Below, one piece after another: positions 48,701 to 54,608 of a stretch of DNA of 54,608 nucleotides (its first letter is position 1; every line of letters begins with the position of its first letter). Source of the DNA: Chromera velia (lineage: Eukaryota); the NCBI GenBank assembly GCA_018398765.1, contig JAHBMJ010000178.1, positions 1 through 54,608 on the forward strand, read 5' to 3'. Both the position numbers and the translations under genes were made by a program. The notes beneath the pieces were generated by a model. It was not told where the DNA came from, made no database searches, and saw only the letters and a program-made list of their open reading frames with translations.

Positions 48701-50274
48701 GTAAAGCTCTTTCATACTATGTTGTGTTGAGGTGTGAATTGGATTTGGCTGTAATGGGATGGGATGGGATCATTTGGGGGATGGGAAAGAAGGTGTCTGT
48801 CTCCCCACTTCCTCCGAGAATCAAGAGAGCAAACAGAACAAAGTAGAAGAGAACAGTGTCTGGCTCCACCGCTTCCCCTGCTACAGCCTGCCTGCCATGC
48901 ATGATCGTTTCCTTTGTTTCCTCTGTCTACCCGGGGGTGAAGCTGAAGAGAGCATTTTCTTTTCACGTCGAGAAGAGATATGGGATTCGCTCCGAGTTTT
49001 CGATATGAGGAAGGTCACTTGATCTCTTTTTTTTCACAATCACTCCATGCATGCTTGGTGTGCATGGCCCCTTTCTGACGGATGCATGCAGGGGAGGTGA
49101 ACAGTCCGCAGAACCCCAGCAGCAGCAGCAGCAGCAGCAGCACCGTCTGATGAGGGAAACCCTGACGGACCTTCTCGTCAGCAAAAGGTCAGTTGGATAG
49201 TCAGTCAGTCAGTCACATTCTTTTTCTTTCTTTCTTTCTTTCTTTCGTTCGTTCGTTCGTTCGTTCGTTCGTCCCTTCCTTCCTTCCTTCCTTCTTTCTT
49301 TCTTTCTTTCTTTCTTTCTTTATTTATTTATTTATTTATTTCTCTCTTTCTTTCTTTCCTCCCTTCCTTCCTTCCTTCCTTCCTTCCTTCTTTCTTTCTT
49401 TCTTTCTTTCTTTCTTTCCTTTCTTTCTTTCTATCTATCTTTCCTCCTTCCTTCCTTCCTTCCTTCCTTCGTTCCTTCCTTTATTTATTTTTTTGTTTAT
49501 TTATTTATGTTTCTTCCTTCCCTCCTTCCTTCCTTCCTTCCTTCCTTCCTCCGCTTCTTACATTTGCGCCTAAAGAGGCGAGACTTTCTGATTGAAGCGA
49601 TGCCGCCTCTATCGTTTACTCCGCACGTGTGGTCGTTCTCTCTTCATGGAGAGAAATGGAAGCGGCTCTTCGCGAATTTTCTGTCCCCTTTTGTGCATAC
49701 TTGTGTGTTTGGTCCTTTGACGTCTACCTGCCTGCCTGCCTGCCTTGTGTCTCCTTCCCTCTCCAGCGCCCGGACGGAGGCTTTGAATACAGACAACGCG
49801 GCTTTGCGGGACCGTGCGGTACAGTTGGAGAAGGAAAATCGCCAGCTGCGGCTTCTCCTTCCCCTTCTTCAGGGCATGGATAGAATGGAGGCAGAGGCAG
49901 AGGCCCTCAAAAGGGAGCAGGGGATCGCATTCCCACCCCCTTCAGCCTCGGAAGATGGGGGGGGCAGAAGGAGCATCTCAGCCTCCCTGTCTAGGTCCAG
50001 AGACCTAGTCTCGGGTCAGACAGTCAGAGAGAGGGGGATGGAACTGATGGGCCCTTCACGTCCTTCTCCCGCACGCTTGGTTGGTCGGGGAGCGCGTGCA
50101 CAAGCCCACACACACACACACAGCAGGGGTCTGGCCCCTCCCCTGGGGTCCCTGTTGACTTCCGAGTCTGAGTCCGACTGGGACCCTCTGGAATGGGACG
50201 CGTTTGAGCGGAGACGGAGAGACAGACTCAAAGGGAGAGGGGCGTTCGACCCCGGCAGTGGGGCTTCCTTGTAA
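44427..50274 (+). CDS. Large hypothetical coiled-coil protein with long disordered P/S-rich regions, multi-exon
   Basis: Short coiled-coil exons bounded by CAG/GT lie at about 44427-44579, 44717-44766, 45450-45490, 45840-45885, 46168-46224 and 46467-46775. They are followed by a long exon from about 46988, a polyQ exon at about 49092-49187 and a last exon about 49767-50274. Exact boundaries are approximate and no family was recognised. Confidence 0.65.
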
Positions 50275-51623
50275 AAAGCTAGGTCAAAAGAAGCTAGAAT
50301 GACAGAAGTAGCAAGTGATTAAATTTCCAGAATAAAAAGCATTGCATGAGCCCAGAAACTTTTGATTCCGGAAATTTAATGATTTCAATTACTAATAATT
50401 TCTCCTTAAAACACTTACCAGCACTGTCCTGTACCGTGAGAAGGCAGAAAGCTTTTTGAGTGGGGTCAGGGCACAGCACATAACTTAGTTACAATCTTAC
50501 TAGAAAGACTTAATCTCAATTGTTCTTAATCTTAAAAAGATATTAATTAATTTGAGCCTAAATTTTGAGGATCAACTTGACTACCAAAGGTGTTTAGTCA
50601 CTTGTGATTAGAATATATTTAATTATCCTATGAAGTGATTGAATAAAGTGATTAATTAGCTAAAGTCCGACTCTTACTAGTCTTTAATACCTTTAGTCAT
50701 TCTAATGGTGTGTAGTTTTTTTTTACGTTATAAAAACAAATGTTTTGGGAGTAGCTTAGAGGCTTGTGCACATCCAGTGCACTGCATGCATGGCCCAGTC
50801 CATACAGCCCGGGCCAGCCATGCACGTGCTGGCACGGCCTACCGCTCCTACTAGCGGCTGCGGCCATCGGTGCATGTATTCGGAGCCGAATAGCCGATTG
50901 TACATGTTGCATCAAAAATTAGGTCTTCATGTATGAGTTTCAAACACAAGGTAAGATACAAACTTAGGGGAAGGTGGTACAGTGCAAACTTGATGCAAAC
51001 TTAATTAAGAGTTTCAAACATGGGTGGAAGGTGGTACAACGAGAAGCAGCAAGGCCTCCAAAGCCTGCATCAATTAGATCAAGCCCCAGTGCTCCAGTGT
51101 GGACTCAGTCTGGAGGTGTAAAAGCGACTCGGAAGGGCCACCCCCCGGCCAAAAGATGAAATTTGAAAAGGGGGGCAATGACTTAACGAGTGTCAATTGA
51201 CGTCGATGTGTGCATGTTTCTCTTATTTGTATGCGCGTTTGCATGATATTTTGATTGATGTCTACATTTATATCTTTATATACATCTTTCTGCTTGTTTG
51301 TACCCAGATAATTTTTTGCTCGACAGTGCTTATGGTGTTTTGGTGTTTCGCGTTCGAATGCTGAAAGTGAAAAAGAGTATATCTTACATAGTGCATACAG
51401 TAAGGCCTCTTTTTGCTATACAGTGTGTACTGCAGTGTGCATACATGTTTTGGTATAGTGTGTGCATGTTCATGCAATAAGAACGTGTATGAACTTTCAA
51501 CGCGTATTTATATGATATGTTACTTGCTAGTTTAATAAGTTTATAAATTGTAAGACTTTATAAAATTCTAGTAACACTGTAATACAGTCTAGTATAGTAA
51601 CACTACTGTCTATTAACAGTGCC

Positions 51624-52147
51624 TGTTATGAACTATCCTGGTTCATACCTAACGTCTGGCTTATGTATGCTTGTGTGCGTCGCGGGTCAGCCTCGTACCT
51701 TGCGGTGCAACCAGTGCGCCGCCCCTGCAGTGCCTGTCAGTCGGCCCCAGATGGCATGCATGCGGGCCTATCGTATTCATTGGCATGCAACGACTGATCG
51801 ATTGATGTTTATCCTCACACCCAAAAAATGTGATCGTTATCTTTATCTGGTGATTGTGTTTGATATTCCTCCTGACTGATGGAGTCCAACGTACGTGAAT
51901 CTGTCTGCTAAGCCCACTAGTCGATCATACACTAACATGGTTCTTATCATGGTGTTATGAACCACCCTGGTTCATACCTAACGTCTGGCTTATGTATTCA
52001 CACCCAAAGAATGTGATCGTTATCTTTGTCTGGTGATTGTGCTTGGTACTGGACTGATATTCCTCCTGACTGATGGAGTCCAACGTACGTGAATCTGTCT
52101 GCTAAGCCCACTAGTCGATCATACACCAACATGGTTCTTATCATGGT
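51624..52147. repeat. Local tandem duplication with structure A-X-B-A'-B'
   Basis: A (51624-51668) matches A' (51953-51997). B (51815-51953) matches B' (51998-52147, with an insertion of about 11 bp). X (51669-51814) is present only once. Confidence 0.92.
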
Positions 52148-52389
52148 AGCAGTCCTGGTTATGTGGGCGTGACAGAAGGACTCCATAGGAGGTAACCTGA
52201 TTGAGCAGTGAGAGTTGTGTGCCCGATTTGCAGTGCAGCTGAGCCGCGTCCTGAAGGCCCGCTGTTTCTTATCGGTGCATCTTCCATTGCTTCGCTCTCG
52301 GGCACTCTCTTCTTATCTCTTGGGCACTCGGCCATTTTAATTTGATCCTCTGACTTTTTCCCGTCTCCTTTGAAATTTCCCTCAAGAAA

Positions 52390-53949
52390 ATGACTTCCGT
52401 TCTTCCTCGCGTTCTGGCGTCTGTAGGAAATCTGCAGCAGGCCTGTGCGTTGGTCCTGCTCTCTCCGGTGACCGTGTGTGAGGGGACGTTCTTGGACCTC
52501 CTCCGTGCGGCCGAAGAATTTTTGAACGTCTTGCAGAAGACTTCCTTTGTGGCCCGCTCCGGCGTTGAGACGAAGACAAAATCGAAGAAGACCCGCCGGG
52601 GAAAACGGCGTTCCCGTGCCCCATCCTCTTCTACCATTGAAGACGTCTGTGTTGCAGAAGCAGTTGGGGATGTGAAGGGCGAGACTGCAGATGCAGATGG
52701 GGGTGATAAAGACGAGACTACCCTTCCCCCCTATGTTGATCCTCTGTGTTTGACATCCGCCCCCCCACACAGACTCAAGTCTCCAGCTCCTGCCCAAGTT
52801 GGTGCAGAATCTCCTTCCACCGTCGTTGAGGTCGAGGTGATGCCCTCTCTTCCTTCTGTTAAACTTTTTTCCTCTGATGCTGTGTGTGAGCAGCCCCCAG
52901 TAACCGAAAATGGAGGTAGCCATGGCTCTGCCCCTACCCCATCTCTCAGCCCTGTACGTTCCCCTGTCTGGTGTGACAGCATGGCAGGGCAGCCATCTCC
53001 TGTGCCTCGGGAGGCGACTGAGGTGAAAGAAGAGGTGCCCTCACGCATGAAGGAGCATCTTATCTTCCCTCCCTCCCAGCAAAGTACCCCTCTTCCCCTC
53101 CAAGGGGAATCGAAGGAAAAGAAAAAGAAGGCGCGTCCTAGTGCGCGTCGTCGTGCACATAGTCGAACATGCGTGCCAGAAGAAATCCAGCCAGAGGCAA
53201 GCATCTCTGCCTCCTCTTCCAGCCCCAACGCAAGTCACCCAAATGCAGGGGCCCCATCTGATCCTTCGCCATGCGAAGACGTCCCTCGTTGTATCCGATC
53301 TGATGACCAGCCTGAAGCCATCTCCCCTCTTGCAGTTGATGAAGATAGAGAGGGACTTCACTGTTCCACCATCTCTGCTGCACCCGCAACCGCTTGTCAA
53401 TCCAAATTACAAGCTTCTCCCAGTCTTTCCAATCCAAATAACCAGGTGGACCCACCAGTGCTACTAGCACAGTCATCTGCAGCCATGACTGAGAGTACGT
53501 TCGTATCCCCGTCTCCGACCACTCAGGTGAGAGATGAGAGCCATGCCCCCTTCCCAGCCACCCAACAGATTGTGCCTGAGCCTACCAGTAGCACAGCGTT
53601 GCCTCCCTTTTCTTCTGCCACGTGTATTCTAAAATAGCAGAAAAAAGCAGAAAAGCAACAAGCTCGCAAGGCAAAGAAGAAAGGGGGTGTAGACAAACTA
53701 CACTGGTGGCAATTCCGAAGTGACCCCACCGGTTGTGTCACCTCTGCATCTCCGACAGAGGATGTCCCCAAGCAACATGAAGAAACAACAGAGACCCCGA
53801 ATGCCCCTCTACCTCAACCTGGGGGTCCCCCAATCCAAGAGTCAGACGACCAGTACTGGGGAACCTTTCGAGATTCCTGGCAGATGGCGTTGAGCCAAAG
53901 AGGGGGGAGGGGCATCAATCGAGAGGTGTTGCGGTATCTCCATCAATAA
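52390..53949 (+). CDS. Intronless low-complexity S/P/E-rich hypothetical protein with an internal in-frame TAG (possible pseudogene)
   Basis: A 415-codon ORF runs to TAG 53635-53637, and the same frame stays open for 103 more codons to TAA 53947-53949. No recognised domain. Confidence 0.5.
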
Positions 53950-54608
53950 GTCAGAAGCATAAAAACTTTTTGTCTTCTTTTGTTTGTTTTACCGTTCTGT
54001 CAATAAGCCGATTTGCTAGCCGATTTGTTTTCGTTTTTCTTTTTGAGCATCTGATTCTACGGGTCTGCCTGCGTTTAGTACATTGAGTGCGACCTTTACT
54101 GTGTGGCAGTCTGTGTCTCCAGTGCCACCCACAGTGCGGACCTCTTTTTCAACGGCATATTCCTCCTCTGTCTCTGCAATAAGCGATTTCCTCTTGTATC
54201 GGCACATGTTTCACATGTACCCACCTTGTTTTTTGTCTGATGTTGTTATCATGTCTTCAGAGAAAGAGAAAGAGAACACCTGATCCAAAGTTCAAGAGAA
54301 AAGAAAGTTAGAAAAACGTTTTGCTCCTCATTTGTCCTCTGTATCTTCTTTAGAGCCTCACCATTATGTGACTATTTCCTTTTGCGTTTGCCCTCATCTT
54401 TTCCTCCTATCGCTAGCCACTCCGTCTCTCCTTCTTATGGTTTAGTCTGATTGCACTGCAAGAGACCTTCGCTGGTCCCCAGTCTGTTTGACTCAAGCGT
54501 TTTCCTCCATTTCCTTTCCCTTCGTTTCGGACGTTTCCTCTTCATCAGTCAACCTCTTTCGTCACTCGTATTCACAACGCAGCCGTCCGTGATAAATAAA
54601 AAAAAAAA

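Noticed and set aside
50295..50704. 9-bp inverted repeat TAGAATGAC/GTCATTCTA around AT-rich DNA with AAGTGATT repeats
   Set aside because: Short match with no TSD. A possible decayed hAT MITE, not called.
54520..54552. Minus-strand CTGATGA...GAAAC resembling a hammerhead ribozyme core
   Set aside because: Stem II is not correctly closed and no stem I/III pairing or NUH cleavage site was found.
54016..54600. Minus-strand purine-rich, coding-like sequence
   Set aside because: Multiple stops, no recognisable domain, and truncated by the window edge.

Overview
Intron-rich eukaryotic nuclear DNA, not prokaryotic. Introns are full of (TC)n/(TG)n/(TCTG)n/(TTCC)n microsatellites, TGCATG is frequent in non-coding DNA, and one gene has a signal-peptide-plus-Phe (complex-plastid-type) leader. 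This style suggests a chromerid alveolate such as Chromera velia, which is an inference and was not searched. Most ORFs in the supplied track are repeat artefacts, so genes were assembled by hand from GT..AG-bounded exons. In order: last exon of a phosphatidylserine decarboxylase (+); an ankyrin-repeat gene broken by a 13-bp insertion (-); a secreted GH16 + LamG-like glycoside hydrolase (-); a CX5R PTP/DSP-type phosphatase (+); a secreted long coiled-coil protein (-); a small hypothetical gene (+); about 11 kb with no recognisable CDS; a CELF-like single-RRM protein (-); a probably plastid-targeted RbgA/YlqF GTPase (+); a large coiled-coil protein (+); and a low-complexity ORF with an internal in-frame TAG (+). 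Several AT-rich intergenic islands are non-autonomous DNA transposons. Three have TIRs plus perfect 8-bp TSDs, and one of these is inserted inside the TIR of another. The ankyrin frameshift can be read as an excision footprint of the neighbouring CTAG-ended MITE family. No rRNA, tRNA or CRISPR array was recognised, and I cannot claim a clearly new system. The best leads are the nested/active MITE set, a hairpin-rich GC island at about 14.3-14.9 kb, and a motif module shared by two divergent promoters.
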